Positions 47,932 through 57,623 of a stretch of 64,000 nt of DNA are shown piece after piece. Under the pieces are notes generated by a model. It had not been told where the DNA came from, did no database searches, and worked only from the letters and a program-made list of their open reading frames with translations. The translations under genes and the position numbers were made by a program. Source of the DNA: Patescibacteria group bacterium (GTDB lineage: Bacteria; Patescibacteriota; Patescibacteriia; JAQUQO01); assembly GCA_028716045.1 (NCBI GenBank), contig JAQUQO010000001.1, positions 942 to 64,941 on the forward strand, read 5' to 3'. Numbering within the stretch: position 1 is the first letter of the stretch; the number at the start of each line of letters is the position of its first letter.

Positions 47932-48687
47932 ATGATTAAGATAAAATCAGCGGAAGAAATAGAAATTATCGCCGAGGGAGGAAAGATTTTAGCGGAAATT
48001 TTAAAAGAATTAGGGTGCGCAGTTAAGCCTGGCATTTCTACTTTAGAGTTGGACTGTTTGGCGCGAGAATTAGTTACGCAAAGGGGCGGAAGTCCCTCCT
48101 TTTTAAACTATGGTCATCCGCCATTTCCCGGCTCCATCTGCTCTTCCGTCAACGAAGAAGTAGTGCATGGAGTTCCATCAGCAGAGAGAATTTTAAAGTC
48201 AGGAGATATCGTTGGCTTAGATATTGGCATGAAATATAAAAATTTATTTACGGATATGGCCATTACGGTAGCGGTAGGGAGAGTTACCGGAGAGGCAGAA
48301 AGACTGATTAAGGTCACCAAAGAATCTTTAAATATCGGACTTTCTAAAATAAAACCCGGTCGACCATTAAATGTGATTGGCAAATCCATTGAGGAGTATG
48401 TAAAAAAAGAGGGGTTTACGGTGGTGCGGGCTTTAGTCGGACATGGCGTGGGTTATGGTGTTCACGAAGACCCGGCAGTGCCTAATTTTGACGACCCGGT
48501 TTCAGAAAAGATTATTTTAAAAGAGGGGATGGTGCTGGCTATTGAACCCATGGTTTGCACCGGACATTGCGACGTGAGAGTTTTAGATGATAAGTGGACG
48601 GTAGTGACAAATGATTGCGGTTTGGCCGCTCATTTTGAGCATACTGTGGCGGTCACTAAAAACGGGGTTAAAATTTTAACCAAATAA
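47932..48687 (+). CDS. map: methionine aminopeptidase type I
   Basis: Pita-bread-fold motifs (D...D..H..E..E) and position after adk. Confidence 0.93.
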   Translation: MIKIKSAEEIEIIAEGGKILAEILKELGCAVKPGISTLELDCLARELVTQRGGSPSFLNYGHPPFPGSICSSVNEEVVHGVPSAERILKSGDIVGLDIGMKYKNLFTDMAITVAVGRVTGEAERLIKVTKESLNIGLSKIKPGRPLNVIGKSIEEYVKKEGFTVVRALVGHGVGYGVHEDPAVPNFDDPVSEKIILKEGMVLAIEPMVCTGHCDVRVLDDKWTVVTNDCGLAAHFEHTVAVTKNGVKILTK

Positions 48688-48689
48688 TT

Positions 48690-49088
48690 ATGCCGCAGAT
48701 ACTGGCTATTGATTATGGCTCAAAAAGAATCGGATTGGCCTTAGCTGATGAGGGAGTTAAAATCGCTACGCCTTTTAAAACTTTGGCGAATGAGGGTTGG
48801 CAGAAAAATTTGGAGAATCTAAAAAAGATAATAAGCGGAGAAGACGTCGCTTCCTTGGTTGTTGGCTTGCCGCTTAGTTTATCCGGCGGGGAATCGGAAC
48901 AGACGCGGGAAACGCGGCATTTTTTTGACTTGCTTCAGGGGGCGGTGGCGGCGCCGGTTTTTTTAGAGGATGAACGTTTGTCCAGCCGCCAAGTTGACGC
49001 TTTAATAAGAAAATTCGGCAAAAAAGTGGACCGTGACGCCGTGGCCGCCATGCTTATTCTTCAGAGTTTTTTAGATAAAAAGAGGTAG
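48690..49088 (+). CDS. ruvX: YqgF/RuvX Holliday-junction-resolvase-like nuclease
   Basis: ILAIDYGSKRIGLALAD. Confidence 0.85.
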   Translation: MPQILAIDYGSKRIGLALADEGVKIATPFKTLANEGWQKNLENLKKIISGEDVASLVVGLPLSLSGGESEQTRETRHFFDLLQGAVAAPVFLEDERLSSRQVDALIRKFGKKVDRDAVAAMLILQSFLDKKR

Positions 49089-49162
49089 AGGTGTTAATTG
49101 TTTTTCTACTCAAGTATTCATATTTTTGCTATAATTAGCCAATAGATTAATAAAGGTTTGCG

Positions 49163-49948
49163 ATGTCCACCTATAAGACGCGGGCTATAGTTTTAACCAA
49201 AAAAACTTGGAGGGAAAATGATGCCCTGTATTCTTTTTATTCCGAAGATTTCGGGAAAATAAAGGCGGTAGCCAAGGGGGCGAAAAGAATTTCCAGCAAA
49301 TTGGCGCCGCATCTTGAGCCGTTGATGGTGACGGATTTAATGGTGGCACGTTCATCAAGGGGGGTGGACAAAGTCGCTGGCAGCAGTTTGGTCCGCGATT
49401 TTTGCCTTTTAAAAAATAATTTTCCGCGGTTGATTCTGGCCGGGCAGGCAGTGGAGCTTGTTGACGAGTTCGTGGATTTGGAGCACGGCGATGCAAGGAT
49501 TTTTGAATTGTTGAAAAGATTTTTTATTCTGTTAAACGATGGCTTTGCCGGCGATAATGATTTTGTTAAAAGCAAGACGGCTTTAAAGATTTTTATTTTG
49601 CAGTTATTGGACTATCTGGGCTATACGCCGGAGCTTTATAGCTGTGTCAATTGCAAGACCGAAATTGCCGAAGCGGAAAATTTTTTTCATTCCGCCCGCG
49701 GCGGAATGCTGTGCAAAAAATGTAGTCAGATTTTTCTGGAGCGCGCTCCGATTTCCAATAACACCATAAAGTTTTTGCGGCTGATGCTGATTAGCGATTT
49801 AGGAGAAATAGAACGAATTTCCTTAACCGAGAATCTTTTAAAAGAAACAGAAAGGATTATTGATTCCTTTCTTCATTATCAACTAGACCGGGAATTGGCC
49901 AGTGACCGCTATTTGACTAACTGGAAAGCGTATGCTAAATTAGCATAA
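49163..49948 (+). CDS. recO: DNA repair protein RecO
   Basis: OB-fold N-terminus (AIVLTKKTWRENDALYSFYSEDFGKIKAVAKGAKR) and a Cys4 zinc finger, CVNC...CKKC. A TGcTATAAT element lies upstream at 49127-49135. Confidence 0.85.
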   Translation: MSTYKTRAIVLTKKTWRENDALYSFYSEDFGKIKAVAKGAKRISSKLAPHLEPLMVTDLMVARSSRGVDKVAGSSLVRDFCLLKNNFPRLILAGQAVELVDEFVDLEHGDARIFELLKRFFILLNDGFAGDNDFVKSKTALKIFILQLLDYLGYTPELYSCVNCKTEIAEAENFFHSARGGMLCKKCSQIFLERAPISNNTIKFLRLMLISDLGEIERISLTENLLKETERIIDSFLHYQLDRELASDRYLTNWKAYAKLA

Positions 49949-49996
49949 TGATTTTTTCGAGTTCATTTTCAATTAACAACCAGAAGGAGAAAAGAA

Positions 49997-50476
49997 TTGA
50001 GCACTTCGAGCATTTTTAGCAACGGGAATAACAGTAATAGTTTTGGGAAAATTCTGCTTTTCCGCCGGAGACGGAGAAAATTTTTCCAAGAAGTAAAGTC
50101 TCATTATCCGATTGACGAGGGGTTGGAAATTACCTCTCTGGCGCTGACAATTTTTCAGAGAAAAATTTTGCCGCGCCAAGCGACAAACGGGGGAAGAAAA
50201 AGGATAAAAAAGCTTTCTTTTCGCTTGGTTATTCCCAAAATCCGGCGGGTGTGGTCAGAGGCGAAAGAGATAGGTCATTCTTCCGAAGGAGGAGATATCT
50301 ATGTTGCCAAGCAAACCGAATGGGGCGATGTTTATTTTGTTACCAGAAAAAGTAACAAAAATAACGGAGCTTTGGTTATCGTGACGATTTTGGACGGGAG
50401 AACAAAAGCCAAGAATTTAATGGCCCCAAAGGAGGTAGGGTCCAATAAAATGCGTCAGGCGTTTAAGTTTAGATAA
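49997..50476 (+). CDS. hypothetical protein (159 aa; basic, low-complexity N-terminus)
   Basis: The ORF is followed by an intrinsic terminator at 50489-50520 (gccgact-ttataaaag-agtcggc plus T7). Confidence 0.4.
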   Translation: MSTSSIFSNGNNSNSFGKILLFRRRRRKFFQEVKSHYPIDEGLEITSLALTIFQRKILPRQATNGGRKRIKKLSFRLVIPKIRRVWSEAKEIGHSSEGGDIYVAKQTEWGDVYFVTRKSNKNNGALVIVTILDGRTKAKNLMAPKEVGSNKMRQAFKFR

Positions 50477-50488
50477 GTAGTAAATTTT

Positions 50489-50520
50489 AGCCGACTTTAT
50501 AAAAGAGTCGGCTTTTTTTC
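50489..50520 (+). terminator. intrinsic terminator
   Basis: 7-bp GC-rich stem followed by TTTTTTT. Confidence 0.6.
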
Positions 50521-50576
50521 TTGCTAAAATCAGCTTTTTAGAATATAATAATCAAATAGATTAATTTTGGATAAGT

Positions 50577-51866
50577 ATGGTTTTATTGTCTAAGATTAGC
50601 CAAAAAATAGACAAAGAAGTAACTGTCGGCGGTTGGGTTCACAATTATCGCTCTTCCGGCAGTATTTTCTTTTTGGAAATTCGCGATGGTTCCGGTTTTA
50701 TTCAGGCAGTTGTTAATAAAAGCTCGGTTTCCGAGGGGTCGTGGGAAGCTTGTGAAAAATTGACTCTTGAAACTTCGGTGGAGGTGGCGGGAATAGTGAC
50801 CAAGCATCCCAAAAAAGAAGGAGTTTTTGAACTACAAGTCAAAGATTTAAAAATTATCCAACTGGCCGGCGAATATCCCATCGGAAAAAAGGAACATGGC
50901 CCGGACTTTTTAATGGACCACCGGCATCTTTGGCTTCGTTCCGGAAAACAGTGGGCGATTTTAAAAATCCGCGACGCGGTGATTACCGCTATGAATGATT
51001 TTTTACACGAGAAAGATTTTATTAAAGTTGATTCGCCGATTTTTACCCCTAATGCCTGCGAGGGGACCACCACGCTTTTCCCCGTCCCATATTTTGATTT
51101 AGGAACCGCCTATCTTTCTCAGTCCGGCCAGCTCTATCTGGAAGCCGCTATCGCTTCGGTCGGCCGATGCTATGACTTCGGCCCCGTTTTCCGTGCCGAG
51201 AAAAGTAAAACCAAAAGACATTTAACCGAATTTTGGATGCTGGATGCCGAAGCCGCTTTTGTGGAGCACGAAGAAAATTTAAAAATTCAGGAAGACCTTG
51301 TCCGCAGTATAATTCGTTATTGTTTAAAAAATTGCGGCGAAGAACTTCGTATTCTTGAGAGAGATGCGGCGAAATTAAAACAAGCCGACGGGCCATTTAA
51401 ACGTTTGACTTACGACGAAGCCATCGCCAAACTGCAGGAACTGGGCAGTGATATTAAATACGGCGAAGATTTGGGCAATGACGATGAGGGACTTTTGACC
51501 AAGGATAGTCCCATGCCGGTATTTATAGAGAAGTGGCCAAAAAGCATCAAGCCATTTTATATGAAACGCGACGCTAAAAATCCTAAACTGGTTTTGAACG
51601 ATGATTTAATTGCCACCGAGGGCGCGGGTGAAATTATCGGCGGTTCCCAGCGCGAAGATGACATAGAACTATTATCCGCCAGGATAGATAAGGAGGGATT
51701 AAAAAGGGAAGATTACGAGTGGTATTTGGATTTGCGCCGCTACGGCTCTGTGCCGCATTCCGGATTTGGCATCGGTCTGGAACGCACCGTGCGCTGGATT
51801 GCCGGCGTGGAGCATATCCGTGAGTGTATCCCTTTCCCGAGAACTATAAACAGGTTAAAACCGTAA
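50577..51866 (+). CDS. asnS: asparaginyl-tRNA synthetase (class IIb)
   Basis: 429 aa. N-terminal OB anticodon-binding domain, class II motifs (FRAE, GLERTV), and an AsnRS-type EFWMLDAE segment. Confidence 0.8.
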   Translation: MVLLSKISQKIDKEVTVGGWVHNYRSSGSIFFLEIRDGSGFIQAVVNKSSVSEGSWEACEKLTLETSVEVAGIVTKHPKKEGVFELQVKDLKIIQLAGEYPIGKKEHGPDFLMDHRHLWLRSGKQWAILKIRDAVITAMNDFLHEKDFIKVDSPIFTPNACEGTTTLFPVPYFDLGTAYLSQSGQLYLEAAIASVGRCYDFGPVFRAEKSKTKRHLTEFWMLDAEAAFVEHEENLKIQEDLVRSIIRYCLKNCGEELRILERDAAKLKQADGPFKRLTYDEAIAKLQELGSDIKYGEDLGNDDEGLLTKDSPMPVFIEKWPKSIKPFYMKRDAKNPKLVLNDDLIATEGAGEIIGGSQREDDIELLSARIDKEGLKREDYEWYLDLRRYGSVPHSGFGIGLERTVRWIAGVEHIRECIPFPRTINRLKP

Positions 51867-51916
51867 ATTTTAGTTTTATTATTTGAAATAATGGGCGAAA
51901 GCCCGAATAAGATATT

Positions 51917-53323
51917 ATGGAGAGAACATTAACCAAGGAGACAATAAAAAAAGTCGGAGAAAGAGTTTTAATCAAGGGCTGGGTTCACTCCCGCCGTAAT
52001 CTCGGTAAATTTACTTTTATTGATTTGCGGGATAAGGAGGGGTTAGTACAGGTTATTTTTATCCCAAGTGAAATGGAAAGCGGGCAGGATTTAGTCAAAG
52101 ATATCCGTTCGGAGTTTGTTTTATCCATTGAAGGAATGGTGCAAAAGCGCGGGCCCAAACAGATAAATCCTAATTTAGCCACCGGCGAGATTGAAATTTT
52201 AGCTAAAAATTTGGAAATTTTAAGTACCGCTGAAACGCCGCCATTTGAAGTGGATAAAGACACTAGGGAAATCAGCGAGGAGCTGCGTTTAAAGTATCGC
52301 TATTTGGACTTGCGCAGTGAGCGAATGAAAAATAATTTGGTTCTGCGTAGCAAACTCACTCATTTTTTTCTGCAATGGCTGGAGCGCAAGGGATTTTTGT
52401 ATGTGGAAACGCCGTATTTAACTAAGGGGACTCCCGAAGGGGCGAGAGAATATATTCTTCCCTCGCGTTTATTCCCCGGAGAATTTTATGTTTTGCCTCA
52501 ATCACCGCAGCAGTTCAAACAGTTGCTGATGGTGGCCGGGGCGGAAAGATATTGCCAATTGGCGCGTTGTTTCCGTGATGAGGACCAAAGGGGAGACAGG
52601 CAGCCGGAATTTACGCAGATAGATTTAGAAATGTCCTTTGTGGAGCAGGAAGATATTTTAAAGTTGGCAGAAGAATTAGTTATCGAACTTATCAAAACTC
52701 TTTGCCCGGGGAAGCCAATATTAAGCACCCCTTTCCCGCGGCTTACTTACAAAGAAACAATAGAAAAATATAATACCGACAAGCCGGATTTGCGGCAGGA
52801 TAAAAATAATCCGGACGAGCTGGCCTTTGCCTGGGTAGTTGATTTTCCGCTTTTTGAATATTCCGCAGAAGAAAAAAAATTAGTTTCCTGCCATCATCCT
52901 TTTACTTCGCCCAAAAAGGAGGACGAGCCGCTTTTGGAAAGCGACCCGGTAAAAGTTAAAGCCGAGGCTTACGATTTGGTTTTAAACGGTTTTGAAATCG
53001 CCGGCGGCAGTATCAGAATTCACAGTCGCGAATTGCAGAATAAGATATTTAAGATTTTGGGGTTAGATGACGAAAAAATCACCGAGCGTTTTGGGCATCT
53101 GTTGGAGGCCTTTAAATATGGCGTGCCTCCGCACGGCGGAATCGCTTTTGGTTTTGACCGCCTGCTGATGTTGCTGGCCGGAGAACCGAACATCAGAGAA
53201 GTTATTCCTTTTCCGAAAACGAGCGATGCCAAGGATTTAATGATGGGCGCGCCGAGCGCGTTGGAAGAAGAAAGATTAAAGGAAGCGCACATCAAATTAA
53301 TAAAGAAGGATTTAAAAAAGTAA
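51917..53323 (+). CDS. aspS: aspartyl-tRNA synthetase, short (archaeal/non-discriminating-type) form lacking the GAD insertion
   Basis: QSPQQFKQLLMVAG.ERYCQLARCFRDEDQRGDRQPEFTQIDLEMSF and GVPPHGGIAFGFDRLLMLL..EPNIREVIPFPKT; 468 aa. Confidence 0.85.
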   Translation: MERTLTKETIKKVGERVLIKGWVHSRRNLGKFTFIDLRDKEGLVQVIFIPSEMESGQDLVKDIRSEFVLSIEGMVQKRGPKQINPNLATGEIEILAKNLEILSTAETPPFEVDKDTREISEELRLKYRYLDLRSERMKNNLVLRSKLTHFFLQWLERKGFLYVETPYLTKGTPEGAREYILPSRLFPGEFYVLPQSPQQFKQLLMVAGAERYCQLARCFRDEDQRGDRQPEFTQIDLEMSFVEQEDILKLAEELVIELIKTLCPGKPILSTPFPRLTYKETIEKYNTDKPDLRQDKNNPDELAFAWVVDFPLFEYSAEEKKLVSCHHPFTSPKKEDEPLLESDPVKVKAEAYDLVLNGFEIAGGSIRIHSRELQNKIFKILGLDDEKITERFGHLLEAFKYGVPPHGGIAFGFDRLLMLLAGEPNIREVIPFPKTSDAKDLMMGAPSALEEERLKEAHIKLIKKDLKK

Positions 53324-53375
53324 ATAAATTTTTCCGATAATCGGGAGTAGAGGGCTAAAACTGTGGCGAAAAAAT

Positions 53376-53717
53376 ATGCGGGCATCTTCATTGCAAAAAT
53401 ATATCCTGCTTCAGGGGTTGAATCAAAAGGGCAAATTCAGCCGGAATATTTTGGTTAAATTTTATAATAATTACAAAAGAAAACCGAAAGAAGCGGATAT
53501 TACTAATATCATCACTAAAAGCTTGGAACGTCTGATTGGCAAGGGTTTATTAACCGGTTATGGGGTGAGAACCAAGGAGAAATGGTTTATTAAAGAAATT
53601 TTCCTGACGCCCTTAGGCAGAAAATCAGCCAAAAAATTTTTAGGAGTACAAAAAAAGCTTCCTTTAAAACTAAGTTCAAATATAAAATTTTATGACCATC
53701 CCCAAAAGCATTCTTAA
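53376..53717 (+). CDS. small basic hypothetical protein (possible winged-helix protein). Overlaps the next gene by 26 nt.
   Basis: ORF only; weak support. Confidence 0.3.
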   Translation: MRASSLQKYILLQGLNQKGKFSRNILVKFYNNYKRKPKEADITNIITKSLERLIGKGLLTGYGVRTKEKWFIKEIFLTPLGRKSAKKFLGVQKKLPLKLSSNIKFYDHPQKHS

Positions 53718-54198
53718 ACATTTAGAAAAAAATAAAATCAAGTATCAGGTGATACCGCACAAAAAAGTTTACACGGCTTACGATTTGGCGGCGACGCTTA
53801 AAGAAGACATTAAAAAAATCGCCAAAACGTTATTGGTGCGCGCTGATAAGAGGTATTATCTGGTGACAATTCCCGCGCATTATCAGCTGGATTTTGGGAA
53901 AATAAAAAAGTTGGTTAAAGCCAAAACGGTAGAATTAGCCAAGGAAAAAATAATGGTGAAATTATTTAAAGTAAAACCCGGCGCTCTGACCCCCTTTGCC
54001 AGTTTTCACAAGGTTGAATTGGTGGCGGACAATTCACTTAAAAAATTAGCCGATATTTTAGTTGGGGCCGGCAGTTATACTGAATCATTAAGAATAAAAA
54101 CCAAGGATTGGCTTAAATCCGAGAAGCCGATTTTTGGGGCCATTGGCAAAATAAAAAAGTTTAAACCGATAAAAACGAAATCCAAGAAGAGAAAATAA
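53692..54198 (+). CDS. YbaK/ProX-type aminoacyl-tRNA deacylase domain protein
   Basis: VIPHKKVYTAYDLAATLKE...KTLLVRADKRYYLVTIPA. Confidence 0.7.
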   Translation: MTIPKSILKHLEKNKIKYQVIPHKKVYTAYDLAATLKEDIKKIAKTLLVRADKRYYLVTIPAHYQLDFGKIKKLVKAKTVELAKEKIMVKLFKVKPGALTPFASFHKVELVADNSLKKLADILVGAGSYTESLRIKTKDWLKSEKPIFGAIGKIKKFKPIKTKSKKRK

Positions 54199-54222
54199 AA
54201 ATGTCATCAGATAAAACTGACG

Positions 54223-54918
54223 ATGTATAATATAAAAATAGGGAAATTTGAAGGCCCCCTTGATCTCTTGCTCGGACTTATTGAGGAGCAAGAGCTGGAT
54301 ATTACCCAGGTTTCTTTGGCTGAAGTTACGGAACAATACCTGGGTTATTTAGACCAAATAGAAAAACGCCATCCGGAAGAGTTGGCGGATTTTTTGGTTG
54401 TGGCGTCCAAATTGATTTATATCAAATCCAAGAATTTGATTCCGTCTTTAGAGATTGACGAGGACGCGCAAGAACTGGAGTACCAACTCAAAATATACAA
54501 GGAGTATCTGACCGCCGCGCAGGATATCGAGAAGATGATTTCTAAAAAGCGTTTTGTTTTTTCCAGAGAAAAAGCCATTATTATTGAACCGACTTTTTCT
54601 CCCCCGCCCAAACTGACAAAAGATATTTTAGCTCGCGCTTTTGCCGCCATTTTAGGCAGAATTGAACCGATTATTGAGCTGCCCAAGAGAGCTATCGTTC
54701 GGGCGATGTCTATTAAAGAAAAAATCAGCCAATTGCGAGATCGTATTTTAGCGCAGGCGACTCTAAGTTTTCAGGAGTTCACCAAGGGCGCCAAGGGAAA
54801 AACGGATATCATCGTGAGCTTCCTCGCAGTTTTGGAACTCGTCAAACAAAAAATTATTGACGTCAAACAGCCGGAAATCTTTCAGGATATTACCATAGAA
54901 AGAATAAATAATTCGTAA
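54223..54918 (+). CDS. scpA: segregation and condensation protein A
   Basis: GPLDLLLGLIEEQELDITQVSLAEVTEQYL. Confidence 0.9.
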   Translation: MYNIKIGKFEGPLDLLLGLIEEQELDITQVSLAEVTEQYLGYLDQIEKRHPEELADFLVVASKLIYIKSKNLIPSLEIDEDAQELEYQLKIYKEYLTAAQDIEKMISKKRFVFSREKAIIIEPTFSPPPKLTKDILARAFAAILGRIEPIIELPKRAIVRAMSIKEKISQLRDRILAQATLSFQEFTKGAKGKTDIIVSFLAVLELVKQKIIDVKQPEIFQDITIERINNS

Positions 54919-54924
54919 ATTGAT

Positions 54925-55506
54925 ATGCTTAAGTCAAAAATTGAAAGTTTATTGTTTATTTCCCCGCGGCCGTTGTCAGTAGCGAAAATAGCCCAGCTGA
55001 CAGGGAGTGATAAAGATGAAGTTAAAACGGCGCTTAGCGAGCTGATGAAAGAATTTAATGACCGGGCCGGCGGCATTCAGCTTGTCAAAAATTTTTGGGA
55101 TTATCAGATGACCACCACTCCGAACAATTCCAAGTTGGTCAAAGATTTTATTAAAGATGAAATTTCCGGAGAGTTGACTAAACCGTCGCTGGAGGCCCTG
55201 GCTATCATTGTTTATCGCGCGCCGATTACCAAACCGGAACTGGAACAAATCAGGGGCGTGAACTGCAGTTTGATTTTGCGCAATTTGATGATTCGTGGTC
55301 TAGCGGAGCAGGAAGAAGATAAAAAAACCAAGCTGATTTATTATAAGCCCACTTTTGAATTTTTAAAATTTTTAGGGGTACACGAGGCTTCGGAATTACC
55401 TAATTTTGAGAAGCTCAATTCCGATGAAAATTTGCAGAAGTTATTAGACATTCGTCTGACCCCTCCGCCGGCCGCGCCCGCCGTTGATAAAGAACCAATC
55501 ATTTAA
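54925..55506 (+). CDS. scpB: segregation and condensation protein B
   Basis: ESLLFISPRPLSV..IAQL...LTKPSLEALAIIVYRAPITKPELEQIRGVN. Confidence 0.9.
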   Translation: MLKSKIESLLFISPRPLSVAKIAQLTGSDKDEVKTALSELMKEFNDRAGGIQLVKNFWDYQMTTTPNNSKLVKDFIKDEISGELTKPSLEALAIIVYRAPITKPELEQIRGVNCSLILRNLMIRGLAEQEEDKKTKLIYYKPTFEFLKFLGVHEASELPNFEKLNSDENLQKLLDIRLTPPPAAPAVDKEPII

Positions 55507-55508
55507 AT

Positions 55509-56498
55509 ATGTTGGCTAATTTAATTATCAATTTGTTTGTTGCCCTGACTATCGGACAATCGTTTTCCGGGCCGGGAGAAATTATTTTACCGGCCAAAGC
55601 CGCCGCGCCTGCCGCGGCAGAAGAGTCAGCCCAGAATGAAGCAGTAAAAAACGTCAGTGAAAATCTAACGGGAGAACCAACATCTGAAGGAACAATTAGA
55701 ACGCCGGAGAGGATAAATCTGGAAAGTAAAAGCTTGGGAGTAAAAATTACCGCCCAAAGCGTAGTGGTTGTTGATGGCGCTACCGGGAAAGTTCTATATC
55801 AAAACAATGACAGCGCCGTTCGTTCGATAGCGAGCATTACGAAGCTAATAACTGTACTCGTGTTTTTAGACAATAATCCCGGGTGGGATAAAGAAATTAT
55901 TTTTAATGAAGAAGACAAAAGCGAGGGGAGCACGGACTATTTATACGTGGGCGAAAGCGTCAAGGTCCGCGACCTTTTTTACCTTTCCCTAATGATGTCT
56001 AACAATAGCGCTACTACTGCCTTAGTGCGCTCCACGGGTTTGGGCCGAAGCGAATTTGTGAGTTTGATGAATAAAAAGGCGGAAGAATTTGGCATGGCCG
56101 ATACTCGTTTTGTAGATATCGTGGGATTTGATGACTTTAATATCTCCACTGCCCGCGATATAGCAAAGTTAGCCAGCGTGGCTTTTGCCAATTCCGATAT
56201 CCGAGAAGCGACCACTCCCGAGCGTTATACCATCCACACCTTAAATACCAATCGCTATTTTTATATTTATAATACTAATTATCTTTTGACCAGTTTTTTG
56301 AACGAGGGTGATTACCGCGTTGCCGCGGGGAAAACCGGTTATACTAATGCCGCTGGTTATTGTCTAGCGACAGAAATTGAGAAAAACGGAGCAGGCAACA
56401 TTATCACCGTAGTTTTGGGCAGCGATTCGCTGGACAATAGATTTCAAGACACTAAGGCCTTGGCTTATTGGGTGTTTAGTAATTACGAGTGGAGGTAA
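55509..56498 (+). CDS. serine-type D-Ala-D-Ala carboxypeptidase (PBP5/DacA-like)
   Basis: SxxK (SITK), SNN (MMSNNSA) and KTG (GKTGYT) motifs. Confidence 0.85.
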   Translation: MLANLIINLFVALTIGQSFSGPGEIILPAKAAAPAAAEESAQNEAVKNVSENLTGEPTSEGTIRTPERINLESKSLGVKITAQSVVVVDGATGKVLYQNNDSAVRSIASITKLITVLVFLDNNPGWDKEIIFNEEDKSEGSTDYLYVGESVKVRDLFYLSLMMSNNSATTALVRSTGLGRSEFVSLMNKKAEEFGMADTRFVDIVGFDDFNISTARDIAKLASVAFANSDIREATTPERYTIHTLNTNRYFYIYNTNYLLTSFLNEGDYRVAAGKTGYTNAAGYCLATEIEKNGAGNIITVVLGSDSLDNRFQDTKALAYWVFSNYEWR

Positions 56499-56536
56499 AG
56501 CAGCTTACGGCTTACGGACTACCGACTACGGAAATT

Positions 56537-56567
56537 AAAAAAGACGGAATTTTACTTCCGTCTTTTT
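56537..56567. terminator. bidirectional terminator between the convergent dac-like (+) and metallophosphoesterase (-) genes
   Basis: aaaaaagacggaa-ttttac-ttccgtcttttt. Confidence 0.6.
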
Positions 56568-57516
56568 ATATTTTTATGTGGAGCAGGACTATTTCCGGCG
56601 GGTTAAATAATCTGGCCCGGGTTCCGGATTCCCCGATGCCGCTCGTTATATAGAGGAGATAATTTTTTATTTTAAAAAGCCCTTTGTCGTATTGGCGGCC
56701 GAAGAAAGTCGGAATAGTCGGCACGGAGCCGATAAAGGGCAAACGGATTTGCCCTCCGTGAGTGTGCCCGCAAAGGATTAAAGCCACTTGGCGATTTCTC
56801 CGGATAATAGTTCTCATTATATCCGGGCTATGGGCAAGGACAATTTTAGGATAATTGTTATCGGTATATTTCAGGGCGTGCTCCATGTTATCCAAACCAG
56901 CCCAGACGTCGTCAATCCCCAAAAGCCAGAATTGGCTGTCGCGGATATTTATAAGCCGTGATTCATTAGATAAATAGTTGGCCCCGATACTCTCAAAAAT
57001 ATCTTGCACCTCGCTGGACTTGTCTATAAATTTATTGAATTCGTAGATACGGCCGATATCATATTCATGATTGCCGCTCACGGCATACGAGGGAATTCTT
57101 TCGGTCGCCGGCGCGAGATTTTTCAGCCCGTCTATTTTATCATATCCTCCAAAAACCTGGTCGCCGGCGAAGAAGATTAAATCGGGATTCAATGCCAGCA
57201 GTTTGGAAGAGATTTTATTGACGAATCCGCTCTTTTTAAAGGGTCCGACATGTATATCGGAGAGGAGGGCGATGGTAACGGTATTATCGGAATTTGGATT
57301 GATATCAAGATATTTATTTTTTACGGTGATTATTCTCGGTTCTATAAAACTGCCATAAAATATAACCAACCCCGAAAAGATAGTCAGGGTAATTAAAATT
57401 TGCCAAATTATTTTTTTACCTTGTCGCTGTTTAATTTTTTGCCAAAACAAAAAAGACAGCAACGCTGTCAGAAAGAGGTAAGTAAAAATTATAATATCAA
57501 AATAAATATAAGTCAT
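56566..57516 (-). CDS. membrane-anchored calcineurin-like metallophosphoesterase
   Basis: GDQVFGG, GNHEY and GHTHGGQ motifs; N-terminal TM helices. Confidence 0.85.
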   Translation of the reverse strand: MTYIYFDIIIFTYLFLTALLSFLFWQKIKQRQGKKIIWQILITLTIFSGLVIFYGSFIEPRIITVKNKYLDINPNSDNTVTIALLSDIHVGPFKKSGFVNKISSKLLALNPDLIFFAGDQVFGGYDKIDGLKNLAPATERIPSYAVSGNHEYDIGRIYEFNKFIDKSSEVQDIFESIGANYLSNESRLINIRDSQFWLLGIDDVWAGLDNMEHALKYTDNNYPKIVLAHSPDIMRTIIRRNRQVALILCGHTHGGQIRLPFIGSVPTIPTFFGRQYDKGLFKIKNYLLYITSGIGESGTRARLFNPPEIVLLHIKI

Positions 57517-57542
57517 GAATTTTTAATAGTAGCGGCGGGTGG

Positions 57543-57603
57543 GGTCTCCGCCAAAGGCGGACCAGCCTCTGGCTGGGAACCACCGATCCCGAGTACTCGG
57601 GAT
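57543..57603 (-). terminator. three tandem hairpins downstream of the minus-strand tRNA pair (the last is gatcccgagtactcgggat)
   Basis: ggtctccgccaaaggcggacc; ccagcctctggctgg; gatcccgagtactcgggat. Confidence 0.45.
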
Positions 57604-57623
57604 TATGAGCGTCGTAGTAAATG

